DNA of 64,000 bases from Aulosira sp. ZfuVER01 (GTDB taxonomy: Bacteria; Cyanobacteriota; Cyanobacteriia; Cyanobacteriales; Nostocaceae): contig JAVRCV020000048.1 in assembly GCA_034530615.2 (NCBI GenBank), positions 1 to 64,000 of the forward strand. Reading direction: 5' to 3'. Positions within the stretch are counted from its first letter, which is position 1. Every line of letters begins with the position of its first letter. Below are positions 10,048 to 21,548 of this stretch, piece after piece. Made by a program: the position numbers and the translations under genes. The notes under the pieces were generated by a model, which did not search any database, was not told the DNA's origin, and saw only the letters and a list, made by a program, of their open reading frames with translations.

Positions 10048-12075
10048 ATGCCAAATTGCGATCTATCAAAATACCGTACTGCTCTTGTAAATCAAGGTTC
10101 TAGTCGAGTTTTTTGGACTAATATCTCACCAATTATTGTTACAGCACTGTGTTTATATACTACCAGTGCAACGAATGCGCAGCAGTTACCCACGCTGAAT
10201 GGATCGTCACCAACCTTAACGTCCCAGACGCCGAAAGTTCCCATTCCTAGGGCATTGGCCTCTGGTAATCAAATTTCCCTAAATGGACGTACTTTATCAG
10301 GAGCTTGGCTACAGCGACCTGGAAGTGGCGATCGCCTGACAACTCATCTCAGCGATGGCGCACTCAGGCAATTAATTGGAGTAGATTTATTAAATACTAA
10401 CAATCCTGCTAGACAACCAGTTGAGTGGTTTTCAGCAAGTACAAAACCAGTAGTTTTAAGCGCTTGGCTCCAAAGAGGATATCGTTATCTAGATATTACT
10501 AATTTTGCTCAAACAGCAGGATGGCAGATCCAAGCTAATGGCAATATCCTGGTGATTTCTACTCCCGCCGCGACAGTTAAAGAAATTCTTCAAAGTCAAC
10601 AACCTCTGGGCATTAGCGAAGCTCCTCCAAAGGAGGCTCGCATCTTTGTAGATTTAGATCGCCCAACTCCCTGGCAAGTTTCACAAGAGTTACCAGTCAA
10701 AAGTCCACCTGACCCTGATACTCCAACTCCTAAACCTTCTGGTCCACCCAATAGAGAATGGAAAATTACTCTAGACGGAATAGCCGACTCCACTTTGATA
10801 CAACGGTATACTCCCCTTCCAACTGCGCCGATACCAAGACCATTGCTAAACCCACTCAAACAATTATTACCAACACCAGTATCACCAGCGCCCACTCCAG
10901 AACCACTAATTAAGCAAGTGGAGGTGGTAAATAACCAAACGATAATTCATCTAAGTGTACCTTTTGGTATGGCTCCCCGGATTAGTACTCTCGCTAACCC
11001 CAATCGCTTAGTTATCGATATTCGACCTGATGCACTAGTAGAGAAGAACATTGCTTGGGCCAAAGGATTGCAATGGCGACAGCAGTTCTTTAATTTAGGT
11101 AAAGAACGTTTTCCGATTGTCTGGCTAGAAATTAATCCCCGCGCTTTTGGGATAACACTGAAACCGATGAGGAGTAATCCCACTTCTCTAGCAGGTACTG
11201 CTCCCTTAATTCAAACAGCACCAAAGTACTCAGCAGTAGCAGCAATTAATGGTGGTTATTTTAACCGCAATAATCGCTTGCCTTTAGGTGCAATTCGTCA
11301 GGATGGTGAATGGGTGTCAGGGCCGATACTCAATCGCGGAGCGATCGCTTGGAATGATTCTGGACAATTTTACTTTGATCGCCTCACATTAGAAGAAACT
11401 TTAATTGCTCCAAATAACCTGCGGTTGCCAATTCTCTTTCTCAACAGTGGCTATGTCCAAAGTGGTATTGCTCGTTACACCCCAGTTTGGGGAGCAACTT
11501 ACACTCCTCTAACAGATAACGAAATTATCATCACTGTCCAAAAAGACCAAGTTACCAATCAGTTACCAGGCGGTAAAGCAGGTCAAACCAACTTTCCTAT
11601 TCCTCAGGATGGCTATCTATTGACCTTACGCAGTAACGCTGTGAATACTGCTGCACAATTGCCAATTGGTACTGCACTCAGCATTACTAGCGCTACTATA
11701 CCTAGTAACTTTAGCCGTTATTCCAACATCATCGGTGCAGGGCCACTATTGGTAAAAAATCGTCAAATTGTCCTTGATGCTAAAAGCGAAAAATTCGGCA
11801 ATGCCTTTATTGCTGAAAAAGCAATCCGTAGCGGCATTTGCACAAATACTACAGGTAATCTGATGATTGCTGCCGTACATAATCGCGCTGGCGGCCCTGG
11901 CCCTACTTTGGCGGAACATGCTCAACTCATGCAACTTCTAGGTTGTGTAGATGCTCTAAATTTAGACGGTGGTAGTTCTACCAGTCTTTACCTAGGAGGA
12001 CAACTCATTGACCGTTCCCCTAGTACTGCTGCACGTGTCCATAACGGCATTGGTATTTTTTTGGAACAGAAGTAA
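10048..12075 (+). CDS. Secreted phosphodiester glycosidase (NAGPA-like) family protein
   Basis: AAINGGYF, GAGPLLV and ALNLDGGSS motifs; N-terminal hydrophobic segment and Pro-rich linker. Confidence 0.88.
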   Translation: MPNCDLSKYRTALVNQGSSRVFWTNISPIIVTALCLYTTSATNAQQLPTLNGSSPTLTSQTPKVPIPRALASGNQISLNGRTLSGAWLQRPGSGDRLTTHLSDGALRQLIGVDLLNTNNPARQPVEWFSASTKPVVLSAWLQRGYRYLDITNFAQTAGWQIQANGNILVISTPAATVKEILQSQQPLGISEAPPKEARIFVDLDRPTPWQVSQELPVKSPPDPDTPTPKPSGPPNREWKITLDGIADSTLIQRYTPLPTAPIPRPLLNPLKQLLPTPVSPAPTPEPLIKQVEVVNNQTIIHLSVPFGMAPRISTLANPNRLVIDIRPDALVEKNIAWAKGLQWRQQFFNLGKERFPIVWLEINPRAFGITLKPMRSNPTSLAGTAPLIQTAPKYSAVAAINGGYFNRNNRLPLGAIRQDGEWVSGPILNRGAIAWNDSGQFYFDRLTLEETLIAPNNLRLPILFLNSGYVQSGIARYTPVWGATYTPLTDNEIIITVQKDQVTNQLPGGKAGQTNFPIPQDGYLLTLRSNAVNTAAQLPIGTALSITSATIPSNFSRYSNIIGAGPLLVKNRQIVLDAKSEKFGNAFIAEKAIRSGICTNTTGNLMIAAVHNRAGGPGPTLAEHAQLMQLLGCVDALNLDGGSSTSLYLGGQLIDRSPSTAARVHNGIGIFLEQK

Positions 12076-12401
12076 TGAACTAAGGGCATTGGGCAAGAAG
12101 CCAATAGTCAATAATCATTAATTATTTTTCCTCTGCTCCCTGCTTCCTTCTTGTCCTTTTTATCCCCATAATCCCTAGCCTCTTTTTAAAGTAGAGAATA
12201 AGCTGGGATTTTGGTTGATGAAGAATTCATATAGAAGCGGTAATTTTATGAATGGTTTTTTACACCATCAAAGTGGATTTTGCTATGTTTGGCAAAGTGC
12301 GACTCAATTCACAGATTTTTGCTACTGCACGATAACGCCAGATTTTTCATCAATGGTTCATAGAGTATAGATGGTTTGTTATGTCTCCAAATGAGGTTAC
12401 T

Positions 12402-12830
12402 ATGGTTCAATTTTCAGAAGCAACACAAACTAACACTCTGCCCTTATCTCCAGCCATTAATTCCAGAGGCGTTGCAGCTACTGAGTTGCGCCCTTGGGGT
12501 TCTTTTACAGTTTTGGAAGAAGGGCGTGGATACAAAATAAAACGCATAGAAGTTAAGCCAGGACACCGCCTCAGCCTGCAAATGCATCATCATCGCAGCG
12601 AACACTGGATTGTTGTTTCTGGTACAGCTAGGGTAGTTTGTGGTGAAAGAGAAGTCTTGTTGGGCAACAATCAGTCAACCTATGTACCTCAGTGTACAAC
12701 CCATCGTCTTGAGAACCCTGGTGTTATTCCCTTGGTTTTAATTGAAGTACAGAATGGCGAGTACTTGGGTGAAGACGATATTATCCGCTATCAAGATGAT
12801 TATGCTCGTAATAGCGAGCAAAGCCGTTAA
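12402..12830 (+). CDS. Mannose-6-phosphate isomerase type II C-terminal cupin protein
   Basis: RPWGSF, LSLQMHHHRSEHWIVV and IEVQNGEYLGEDDIIR motifs; GAGG before the ATG at 12402. Confidence 0.92.
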   Translation: MVQFSEATQTNTLPLSPAINSRGVAATELRPWGSFTVLEEGRGYKIKRIEVKPGHRLSLQMHHHRSEHWIVVSGTARVVCGEREVLLGNNQSTYVPQCTTHRLENPGVIPLVLIEVQNGEYLGEDDIIRYQDDYARNSEQSR

Positions 12831-12904
12831 ATTTCTTAAATTTAGCAGTATAACTTATCCCACTTGCTATTCAGGTGGGATTTTGCGTTATTGGTCATTC
12901 TTAC

Positions 12905-12985
12905 AAAGTTCTGAGCGGAGGTTTCCTCCGCTCAACGCCACTTGCTTTCCGACGCAGGGCGACAGGAACGCAGTGGCTCGACTTT
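12905..12985. repeat. Palindromic repeat interrupted by a 45-nt dispersed mini-element (12935-12979)
   Basis: AAAGTTC-TGAGCGGAGG-TTT-CCTCCGCTCA-[45 nt]-GACTTT. The reverse complement of the insert begins GAGCCACTGCGTT and ends AGCAAGTGGCGT. Confidence 0.7.
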
Positions 12986-13108
12986 GTGCTTTGTCATTTG
13001 TTAAGAAGGCAATAGGTAATAATGGTTTGTCCACCTAATGCCCAATGCCCAATGCCTTATTCTGTAATACTCTTGAAGATGGGGTTTGAAATGTCTAAAA
13101 TAAATTCT

Positions 13109-13456
13109 ATGATTCAGTTGAGTCCATCTGCTGCGAGTGAAATCTTGCGGTTAAAATTAAAGCAGTCGCAAAATGTTTTATTTCGATTAGCAATTAAACC
13201 TGGTGGTTGTTCTGGCTGGTTTTACGATCTGTCTTTTGATGAAGCGGTAAAAGTTGGCGATCGCACTTTTGACTTGAATGGCATCCAATTAGTCGTAGAT
13301 GCAGAAAGTTTAAAATATATTCATGGGTTAACAGTGGATTATTCAGAAGATCTGATGGGTGGTGGCTTTCGCTTCCAAAATCCCCAGGCGATCGCTATCT
13401 GTGGTTGCGGCAATTCTTTCGACCTGAGTCAAGAATTTTTGGTCAGTCATCAATAG
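13109..13456 (+). CDS. Iron-sulfur cluster assembly accessory protein (HesB/IscA family)
   Basis: GGCSG and CGCGNSF motifs. Start placed at MIQLSPSA; the upstream extension runs through heptamer repeats. Confidence 0.92.
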   Translation: MIQLSPSAASEILRLKLKQSQNVLFRLAIKPGGCSGWFYDLSFDEAVKVGDRTFDLNGIQLVVDAESLKYIHGLTVDYSEDLMGGGFRFQNPQAIAICGCGNSFDLSQEFLVSHQ

Positions 13457-13499
13457 TCCCAAACTTTCAGCGACTATCAAAATCCTTGAAAAATAGTAA

Positions 13500-13529
13500 T
13501 TGACACGAACTCTTAAAAAAAGTTATAAT
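13500..13529 (+). promoter_or_regulatory. Consensus sigma70-type promoter of the str operon
   Basis: TTGACA-N18-TATAAT, ending 49 nt before the rpsL ATG. Confidence 0.85.
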
Positions 13530-13578
13530 TAGGATTTGTTAAAACTTAGACCCTAAGCAGCTTCACGCGCTGTAACTC

Positions 13579-13962
13579 ATGCCAACTATACAGCAGCTCA
13601 TACGTAATGAACGCGAAAAAGCGCGTCAGAAAACCAAGTCTCCAGCTCTGAAGCAATGCCCCCAACGTCGGGGTGTTTGTACCAGGGTATACACGACTAC
13701 GCCTAAAAAGCCTAACTCAGCACTCCGGAAAGTGGCAAGAGTCAGGCTGACTTCTGGATTTGAAGTTACAGCTTACATTCCAGGAATTGGTCATAACTTA
13801 CAAGAACACTCAGTTGTGATGATTCGTGGCGGTCGGGTTAAGGATCTACCAGGTGTGAGATACCACATTATCCGTGGCACCTTAGATACCGCCGGAGTCA
13901 AAGACCGCAAACAAGGCCGTTCCAAGTATGGAACAAAGCGTCCAAAAGAAGCGAAAAAATAG
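13579..13962 (+). CDS. rpsL: 30S ribosomal protein S12
   Basis: [19 protein letters not shown] and [12 protein letters not shown] motifs. Confidence 0.99.
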   Translation: MPTIQQLIRNEREKARQKTKSPALKQCPQRRGVCTRVYTTTPKKPNSALRKVARVRLTSGFEVTAYIPGIGHNLQEHSVVMIRGGRVKDLPGVRYHIIRGTLDTAGVKDRKQGRSKYGTKRPKEAKK

Positions 13963-14346
13963 GAACTAGGCGGTTAATCGCATAAAAGTACGATTAATCG
14001 TCTGGCCTAGAATAGCTCAGGGACAAACAAAGGGCATTCTCGATCGCAGCATTAGTTATATTTCTTGTGTCTGTGTCAACAAATCAAGACCCTGCACTAA
14101 GCGAGCAAGTGTAGGAACTTTTGATCCGCATCGTATAAAGTGACAGCAACGCTTTAATCTAGATATTAAAGTTTATTAATGTTGTCGCCTTGTTTATCTG
14201 GTGTCAGGTAACAAGTGAATTATGTTTACCTGGCTGCATCTAAAAAAGAAAAATTGAGGAAGTCTGAGCGGCGGTTCGTACCGCTTTTAGTTTCCGGTGT
14301 CTGATAGCATATAATTTCGTTGCCAAAACCGAATTAAGGGTGAAGT

Positions 14347-14817
14347 ATGTCTCGTCGTGGTGTTAGTCAAAGGCGCCCAGTTCCGCCTGACTCAGTTTAT
14401 AATAGCCGCCTAGTTAGCATGATGATGCGGCGGGTAATGCGTCATGGTAAAAAATCACTGGCCGGACGCATCGTTTATGATGCCTTAAAAACTATTGAGG
14501 AACGCACTGGCAATCCCGCATTAGAAACCTTTGAAAGAGCGGTGCGAAATGCAACGCCTTTAGTAGAAGTTAAAGCTCGCCGGGTTGGCGGAGCCACTTA
14601 TCAAGTACCAATGGAAGTGCGTTCAGAACGGGGTACTACCCTGGCACTACGTTGGCTGGTACAATTTTCTCGTTCTAGACCTGGACGCACAATGGCTGGT
14701 AAATTAGCCAATGAGTTAATGGATGCGGCCAACGAAACCGGAAATGCCATTCGCAAGCGGGAAGAAACGCACCGTATGGCAGAAGCCAACAAAGCCTTTG
14801 CACACTATCGTTACTAA
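14347..14817 (+). CDS. rpsG: 30S ribosomal protein S7
   Basis: [11 protein letters not shown] and [12 protein letters not shown] motifs. Confidence 0.99.
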   Translation: MSRRGVSQRRPVPPDSVYNSRLVSMMMRRVMRHGKKSLAGRIVYDALKTIEERTGNPALETFERAVRNATPLVEVKARRVGGATYQVPMEVRSERGTTLALRWLVQFSRSRPGRTMAGKLANELMDAANETGNAIRKREETHRMAEANKAFAHYRY

Positions 14818-14955
14818 ATTTATGAAGCGATATATCGTGGATATTACAGCGATATATCGTGGATTTCAAAAAAAGACGGTTTTCCGTAAAAGTATAGAAT
14901 CTTAACAAAGAGTAATATACAAGATATCATGAGGCAAAAACTATAGGAGGCTACT

Positions 14956-17034
14956 GTGGCACGTACGATCCCGCTAGAGAGAGTACGCAATATCGGTATT
15001 GCGGCGCATATAGATGCGGGCAAGACAACAACAACAGAGAGAATATTGTTTTACTCTGGGATAATTCATAAGATTGGCGAAGTCCATGAAGGAACCGCCG
15101 TCACAGACTGGATGGAGCAAGAGCGGGAGAGGGGAATTACCATCACGGCTGCGGCTATCAGTACCAGCTGGAAAGATCATCAAATTAACATTATCGATAC
15201 TCCGGGTCACGTTGACTTCACTATCGAAGTTGAACGCTCCATGCGTGTGTTGGATGGTGTAATCGCTGTATTTTGTTCTGTAGGTGGTGTACAGCCCCAA
15301 TCAGAAACAGTGTGGCGGCAAGCAGACCGCTATAAAGTGCCGCGGATAGCCTTTATTAACAAAATGGATCGCACAGGCGCGAACTTCTATAGAGTTCACG
15401 ATCAAATGCGCGATCGCCTGCGAGCTAACGCCATTGCCATTCAACTGCCAATTGGTAGCGAAACCGAATTTAAAGGCATCGTTGACCTGGTGCGGATGCG
15501 TGCCTATATTTACAACAACGATCAGGGAACAGATATTCAGGAAACTGATATCCCCGCTGAATTGCAAGAGCAGTCAGCAGAATACCGCACTAAACTCATC
15601 GAAGCGGTATCAGAAACTGATGACGATCTGATGACCAAGTACTTCGAGGGCGAAGAACTTACAGAAGCAGAAATTCAGACTGCTCTGCGGAAAGGAACAA
15701 TTGCCGGTACGATTGTGCCCGTGCTTTGTGGTTCCGCATTCAAAAACAAGGGCGTACAGCTGATGCTGGATGCGGTTGTAGATTACCTGCCAGCACCAAT
15801 TGATGTCCCAGCAATTCAAGGCACTTTGCCTAACGGTGATACCGTTGAACGTCGGGCTGATGATAATGAACCTTTATCTGCTCTGGCATTCAAGATTATG
15901 GCTGACCCATATGGTCGCCTAACCTTTGTGCGCGTTTATTCTGGAGTCCTGAAGAAGGGTAGCTACATTCTCAACGCGACCAAGAATAAGAAAGAACGGA
16001 TCTCTCGCCTAGTTATTTTAAAAGCAGATGAACGACAAGATGTCGAAGAAATGCGGGCTGGCGATCTGGGTGCAGCGTTAGGTTTGAAAGATACTTTAAC
16101 AGGTGACACTATTACTGATGAAGGCGCACCAGTAATACTGGAATCTCTATTCATCCCTGAGCCTGTTATCTCGGTGGCGGTTGAACCCAAAACCAAGAAC
16201 GACATGGATAAATTATCCAAGGCACTGCAATCTCTCTCAGAAGAAGACCCGACCTTCCGCGTCCACGTCGATCCTGAAACCAACCAAACAGTGATTGCAG
16301 GGATGGGAGAGCTACACCTGGAAATTCTGGTAGACCGGATGTTACGTGAATTTAAAGTGGAAGCGAATGTGGGTGCGCCCCAAGTCGCTTACCGCGAAAC
16401 AATTCGTAAAGCAGTCTCCAAAGTAGAAGGTAAGTTTATCCGCCAAAGTGGTGGTAAAGGCCAATACGGTCACGTTGTGATCGATCTGGAACCAGGCGAA
16501 CCAGGAAGCGGCTTTGAATTTGTTTCCAAGATTGTTGGTGGTGTCGTACCTAAAGAGTACATTGGCCCTGCAGAACAAGGAATGAAAGAATGCTGCGAGT
16601 CTGGTATTTTAGCAGGCTATCCACTAATTGATGTCAAAGCGACTTTGGTAGATGGCTCTTACCATGATGTAGACTCTTCAGAAATGGCTTTCAAAATCGC
16701 CGGTTCTATGGCTTTGAAAGAAGCGGTAACGAAAGCTGCACCAGTCCTTTTAGAGCCTATGATGAAAGTTGAAGTTGAAGTTCCAGAAAACTTCCTTGGC
16801 GATGTCATGGGCGACCTCAATTCCCGTCGGGGACAAATTGAGGGTATGGGATCTGAGCAAGGTCTTGCTAAGGTAACTGCTAAAGTCCCATTGGCAGAAA
16901 TGTTTGGCTACGCCACCGATATCCGGTCTAAGACTCAGGGTCGGGGCATCTTCTCAATGGAGTTTAGCCACTACGACGAAGTGCCTCGCAACGTGGCTGA
17001 GGCAATCATTGCAAAAAGCAAAGGGAACGCTTAA
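14956..17034 (+). CDS. fusA: Elongation factor G
   Basis: [17 protein letters not shown] and NKMD motifs; AGGAGG Shine-Dalgarno; GTG start. Confidence 0.99.
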   Translation: MARTIPLERVRNIGIAAHIDAGKTTTTERILFYSGIIHKIGEVHEGTAVTDWMEQERERGITITAAAISTSWKDHQINIIDTPGHVDFTIEVERSMRVLDGVIAVFCSVGGVQPQSETVWRQADRYKVPRIAFINKMDRTGANFYRVHDQMRDRLRANAIAIQLPIGSETEFKGIVDLVRMRAYIYNNDQGTDIQETDIPAELQEQSAEYRTKLIEAVSETDDDLMTKYFEGEELTEAEIQTALRKGTIAGTIVPVLCGSAFKNKGVQLMLDAVVDYLPAPIDVPAIQGTLPNGDTVERRADDNEPLSALAFKIMADPYGRLTFVRVYSGVLKKGSYILNATKNKKERISRLVILKADERQDVEEMRAGDLGAALGLKDTLTGDTITDEGAPVILESLFIPEPVISVAVEPKTKNDMDKLSKALQSLSEEDPTFRVHVDPETNQTVIAGMGELHLEILVDRMLREFKVEANVGAPQVAYRETIRKAVSKVEGKFIRQSGGKGQYGHVVIDLEPGEPGSGFEFVSKIVGGVVPKEYIGPAEQGMKECCESGILAGYPLIDVKATLVDGSYHDVDSSEMAFKIAGSMALKEAVTKAAPVLLEPMMKVEVEVPENFLGDVMGDLNSRRGQIEGMGSEQGLAKVTAKVPLAEMFGYATDIRSKTQGRGIFSMEFSHYDEVPRNVAEAIIAKSKGNA

Positions 17035-17056
17035 TTAAAAAAGGAAACGAGCATTC

Positions 17057-18286
17057 ATGGCACGCGCAAAGTTTGAAAGGAATAAACCCCACGTTAACAT
17101 TGGTACTGTTGGCCACGTTGACCACGGTAAAACAACATTAACAGCAGCTATCACCATGACCTTGGCAGCTATGGGCCAAGCTGTAGCTAAAGGCTACGAC
17201 CAAATCGACAACGCACCAGAAGAAAAGGCGCGGGGTATCACCATCAATACCGCTCACGTTGAGTATGAAACCCAAAATCGCCACTATGCTCACGTAGACT
17301 GCCCCGGACACGCTGACTACGTGAAAAACATGATCACTGGTGCAGCCCAAATGGATGGAGCCATTCTTGTAGTAGCTGCTACCGATGGTCCTATGCCCCA
17401 AACCCGCGAACACATCCTACTAGCAAAACAGGTAGGCGTTCCCAGTCTGGTTGTCTTCTTGAACAAAGAAGACTTGATGGATGACCCAGAACTTTTAGAG
17501 CTAGTAGAACTCGAACTGCGAGAACTGCTTTCTAGTTACGATTTCCCTGGTGATGACATACCCATTATCAAAGGATCGGGTCTACAAGCTTTAGAAGCAA
17601 TGACCAAGAATCCTAAGACCCAGCGTGGTGAAAATCAGTGGGTAGATAAAATCTACGAACTGATGGACGCTGTAGACTCCTACATCCCTACTCCAGAGCG
17701 GGCTGTTGATCAACCCTTCTTGATGGCTGTGGAAGACGTGTTCTCCATCACAGGTCGTGGTACTGTTGCTACTGGCCGGATTGAACGGGGTAAAGTGAAG
17801 GTTGGTGATGTTGTCGAGTTGGTGGGCATTAGAGACACCCGTAACACAACCGTAACCGGAATCGAGATGTTCAAGAAGAGTCTCGAAGAAGGTATGGCTG
17901 GGGATAACGCAGGGGTACTACTACGTGGTATCCAAAAAACAGATATTGAACGGGGTATGGTATTAGCTAAACCCGGTTCGATTACACCTCACACTCAATT
18001 TGAAGGTGAAGTATATGTTCTGACAGAAAAAGAAGGTGGTCGGAAAACCCCATTTTTCTCTGGCTATCGTCCCCAGTTCTATGTACGGACAACAGATGTC
18101 ACCGGCACCATTCAAGCCTTCACTTCTGATGATGGTAGTGCAGCAGAAATGGTAATGCCAGGCGATCGCATCAAAATGACTGTAGAATTGATCAACCCGA
18201 TCGCTATTGAGCAGGGGATGCGCTTTGCTATTCGTGAAGGTGGTCGTACCATCGGTGCTGGTGTGGTTTCTAAGATCATCAAATAG
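17057..18286 (+). CDS. tuf: Elongation factor Tu
   Basis: [17 protein letters not shown] and FAIREGGRT motifs. Confidence 0.99.
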   Translation: MARAKFERNKPHVNIGTVGHVDHGKTTLTAAITMTLAAMGQAVAKGYDQIDNAPEEKARGITINTAHVEYETQNRHYAHVDCPGHADYVKNMITGAAQMDGAILVVAATDGPMPQTREHILLAKQVGVPSLVVFLNKEDLMDDPELLELVELELRELLSSYDFPGDDIPIIKGSGLQALEAMTKNPKTQRGENQWVDKIYELMDAVDSYIPTPERAVDQPFLMAVEDVFSITGRGTVATGRIERGKVKVGDVVELVGIRDTRNTTVTGIEMFKKSLEEGMAGDNAGVLLRGIQKTDIERGMVLAKPGSITPHTQFEGEVYVLTEKEGGRKTPFFSGYRPQFYVRTTDVTGTIQAFTSDDGSAAEMVMPGDRIKMTVELINPIAIEQGMRFAIREGGRTIGAGVVSKIIK

Positions 18287-18305
18287 CACTTTTTGGTCTT
18301 GATCA

Positions 18306-18346
18306 AAAGGAGCAGAGATAGCACAACAAGTCTCTGCTCCTTTCTC
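18306..18346 (+). terminator. Hairpin/terminator after tuf
   Basis: 13-bp stem AAAGGAGCAGAGA / TCTCTGCTCCTTT followed by a pyrimidine run. Confidence 0.7.
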
Positions 18347-18453
18347 TTCCTTTTCTGAAAGAATTAAAGGGTAACATTTTTATCCTTGCTCTTATCGATT
18401 CTCTATTCTTCAATATCCATTCCTCTAATTAATCAGAACCTAGAAAACTAAAG

Positions 18454-18771
18454 ATGGCAACTCTACAGCAGCAGAAAATTAGAATCCGCTTACAAGCTTT
18501 TGATCGTCGCTTATTGGATACATCTTGCGAGAAGATTGTAGACACTGCTAACCGCACTAACGCCACAGCTATTGGGCCAATTCCTTTGCCAACAAAACGT
18601 AAGATTTATTGTGTGCTGCGATCGCCTCACGTAGATAAAGATTCCCGCGAACATTTTGAAACTCGCACCCATCGTCGGATTATTGATATCTATCAACCTT
18701 CTTCTAAAACTATTGATGCACTGATGAAGCTAGATTTACCATCAGGTGTGGATATCGAAGTTAAACTTTAA
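18454..18771 (+). CDS. rpsJ: 30S ribosomal protein S10
   Basis: [17 protein letters not shown] and [13 protein letters not shown] motifs. Confidence 0.99.
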   Translation: MATLQQQKIRIRLQAFDRRLLDTSCEKIVDTANRTNATAIGPIPLPTKRKIYCVLRSPHVDKDSREHFETRTHRRIIDIYQPSSKTIDALMKLDLPSGVDIEVKL

Positions 18772-18801
18772 TGAGTTATTAGTCCAGCGTCAAAAGGAAA
18801 G

Positions 18802-18846
18802 GAGCCAGTGCGTTGTGCAGGTTCCCCTAGTTGTAGCAATTGGCGT
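18802..18846 (+). repeat. 45-nt dispersed mini-element
   Basis: GAGCCAGTGCGTT...TTGTAGCAATTGGCGT; same ends and core length as the copies at 12935-12979 and 43793-43865. Confidence 0.7.
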
Positions 18847-18911
18847 CCCATAGTCCATAGCCAACTAACTAATAATCATCGACTCTTGACTCTTGTATTA
18901 ATATTTACAGT

Positions 18912-18941
18912 GCCCTGAAGTAATCTATCTCAGGGCTTTTT
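18912..18941 (+). terminator. Intrinsic terminator after rpsJ
   Basis: GCCCTGA/TCAGGGC stem followed by TTTTT. Confidence 0.7.
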
Positions 18942-19034
18942 ATTTAGCAAGAAAACAAATGATAGAATATAAACAAATTACGGGAGAAGCAGAGAATTTT
19001 AAATCTTAAAGATTAACTTTATACCAAAGTAACT

Positions 19035-19685
19035 ATGACATCCTCTTCTAGAATTGCAGTTCGCGAACTACCTCTGTTCCCGTTACCCGATGTAGTTCTT
19101 TTTCCTAGCAGACCATTACCCCTGCATATATTTGAATTTCGCTACAGAATCATGATGAATACGATTCTAGAAAGCGATCGCAGGTTTGGTGTTTTAATGG
19201 TCGATCCAGTTAAAGGCACGATTGCAAATGTTGGTTGTTGTGCAGAGATTATTCATTACCAACGCTTGCCAGACGATCGGATGAAGATGTTAACTTTAGG
19301 ACAGCAAAGATTTCGTGTTCTAGAATACATCCGCGAAAAACCGTACCGCGTGGCTTTAGTCGAATGGATTGAAGACCAACCACCAACTAAGGATTTGCAA
19401 CCATTAGCTTCGGAAGTGGAACAACTACTGCGAGATGTTGTACGTCTTTCAGCTAAGTTAACTGAACAAAATATTGAATTGCCAGAAGATGTACCCGATC
19501 TACCTACAGAATTATCCTATTGGGTAGCAAGTAACCTTTATGGTGTTGCCGCAGAGCAACAGGCATTATTGGAAATGCGAGATACGGCCGCTCGTTTAGA
19601 ACGGGAATCAGAAATTTTGACTTCTACACGGAATCACTTGGCAGCGCGTACTGTGCTGAAAGACACATTTAACCAGAAGTTGTAG
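19035..19685 (+). CDS. LON peptidase substrate-binding (N-terminal) domain protein
   Basis: ELPLFPL..VVLFP, LPLHIFE.RYR.M and GQQRFRV motifs; no AAA or protease domain. Confidence 0.93.
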   Translation: MTSSSRIAVRELPLFPLPDVVLFPSRPLPLHIFEFRYRIMMNTILESDRRFGVLMVDPVKGTIANVGCCAEIIHYQRLPDDRMKMLTLGQQRFRVLEYIREKPYRVALVEWIEDQPPTKDLQPLASEVEQLLRDVVRLSAKLTEQNIELPEDVPDLPTELSYWVASNLYGVAAEQQALLEMRDTAARLERESEILTSTRNHLAARTVLKDTFNQKL

Positions 19686-19704
19686 GTTAATAGTCAACTG
19701 ACTG

Positions 19705-20574
19705 TTAAGTTGCGATCGGTAAAATATTGTAGCTGCCAAAAATTTTTAAGATTTCGGTGTAGATGCTTAATTCTGCCAAAGCAGATTGCATTTTTAATGT
19801 ATTGGCATCTGCTTCTAAATCCATGAAAAATAAATATTCTCCTAAAGAGCGCTTTGTCGGGCGAGATTCAATCCGGCTGAGGTTAATCCCTAATTGTGCA
19901 AATATCTGCAAGGGTTTGACAAGTGCTCCGGGTAAATTCGCAGGTAAACTAAAAGCCAGCGATGTATGAGTACTAGTTGTCGACGATGTATGGTGTGAAT
20001 TTCCTGTCTGAGCTTTACTTACTACCCAAAAGCGGGTGCAGTTTTCGGGATGATCGTTTATCCCAGTAGCTAGCGCAGGTAGGTTGTAGAGTTCAGCGGC
20101 TCTGATAGATGCGATCGCCGCAGATGTAATGTCTTGTTTGAGAAACTGCAATGCTTCGGTTGTAGAATTTATGGGAGTCAGCTGCACAGTAGGGAGAAAA
20201 CGCTCTAACCATCCTTGACATTGTGCTAAAGCTTGGGGATGTGAATAAACAGTAGTAATGCTATCTAAACTGGTCGCACAGGAAATCAAAGTATGGTTGA
20301 TTGGTAAAATCAAAGCTAACTGAATTCGCAAACTATCTAACACCCACAGCGTGTCCATTGTCATAGTGACACTGCCTTCAAGAGAGTTTTCCACAGGCAC
20401 AACCGCCAACTGAGCCTGCCCTTGGGCAACGGCTTGGAGTGATTGGGCAATGCTAGGATAAGGGCATAAAGTAGCTTCAATCCCTGTTGTTTGCTTCAGC
20501 CAGCTAACATAAAAAACGGCTGCTTGCTCTGTATAAGTGCCAGGGGGGCCTAAATGTGCGATCGATAATGTCAT
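19705..20574 (-). CDS. pheA: Prephenate dehydratase
   Basis: LGPPGTYTE, VPVENS, SHPQALAQC, N.TRF and ACT-domain INLSRIESRP motifs. Start placed at MTLSIAH (20574). Confidence 0.96.
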   Translation of the reverse strand: MTLSIAHLGPPGTYTEQAAVFYVSWLKQTTGIEATLCPYPSIAQSLQAVAQGQAQLAVVPVENSLEGSVTMTMDTLWVLDSLRIQLALILPINHTLISCATSLDSITTVYSHPQALAQCQGWLERFLPTVQLTPINSTTEALQFLKQDITSAAIASIRAAELYNLPALATGINDHPENCTRFWVVSKAQTGNSHHTSSTTSTHTSLAFSLPANLPGALVKPLQIFAQLGINLSRIESRPTKRSLGEYLFFMDLEADANTLKMQSALAELSIYTEILKIFGSYNILPIAT

Positions 20575-20960
20575 GCCTTTAGCTTTTAGTACAATTTCAA
20601 TTAGAAAATACAAGTGCAGAGTGCGGTTTTTAGTTTCGGGAAATGACACTCTTAAAATCAGTTTTCCTGAAATATATTGCTCTTCACCTGTCCTCAATTT
20701 TTCACAGGATTAATGAATAATTGTAATATTTAATAGTTCTATCTTTTTACATATTATTTCTATTTTGTCAATAATTAATTTTGATAATTACCCAGATATT
20801 TTTTACTAAATATACTAATGAGATTATCAAGTTTTACCCATAAAAGATAGTTTATGAGCAACAATAATTTTTATAATCAAGAAAAGTTTAAACTTTTTTG
20901 CGAGTAAATTTACTTTATTAAAAAATATTAAAATTAAACAACATACACATTTATCTACTC

Positions 20961-21548
20961 ATGACTACCCGGTTTACAGCTTCTCAATCTGTTGAAATAG
21001 CTGTTCCAAAGCAGCCTATTCCCATTCATCACTATTTGCGTCAACCCCAACGTCTAGTTCATGCTTTAGTTGATACGAATCGCATTCAGCAGCTTTCTGA
21101 GGAAGTATTTCGCTTAAAAATGCGTCCTCTCAGTTTTTTGTCAGTGACTGTTCAACCAACTGTAGACATGAGAGTGTGGGCAGAATCTCACGGAACTATT
21201 TATTTGCGCTCTGTAGGTTGTGAAATTCTAGGCATTGAGTATATTAATCAACGCTTTGCTCTAAATTTAAAAGGTTATCTATCACCATCTCAAATTAGCA
21301 CGGGAACTCGTCTGCAAGGTAAAGCCGATTTAGAAGTACAGGTGGAACTACCACCGCCATTTTCCTTTACTCCTAAACCGATTTTAGAAGCTACTGGTAA
21401 TGGTTTACTCAAGAGTGTGCTGTTAACGGTTAAGCAACGACTGCTACATCAACTTTTGGCAGATTACCGTCGTTGGGTGATCGTCCAAACAAAAGAACAA
21501 GGGCTTAATGATGACAGTCCAGAATTACCAATTCTGAATATAGAGTAA
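20961..21548 (+). CDS. DUF1997-family protein
   Basis: YLRQPQRLV, LEATGNGLL and QLLADY motifs, recalled as typical of this cyanobacterial/plastid family. Confidence 0.85.
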   Translation: MTTRFTASQSVEIAVPKQPIPIHHYLRQPQRLVHALVDTNRIQQLSEEVFRLKMRPLSFLSVTVQPTVDMRVWAESHGTIYLRSVGCEILGIEYINQRFALNLKGYLSPSQISTGTRLQGKADLEVQVELPPPFSFTPKPILEATGNGLLKSVLLTVKQRLLHQLLADYRRWVIVQTKEQGLNDDSPELPILNIE

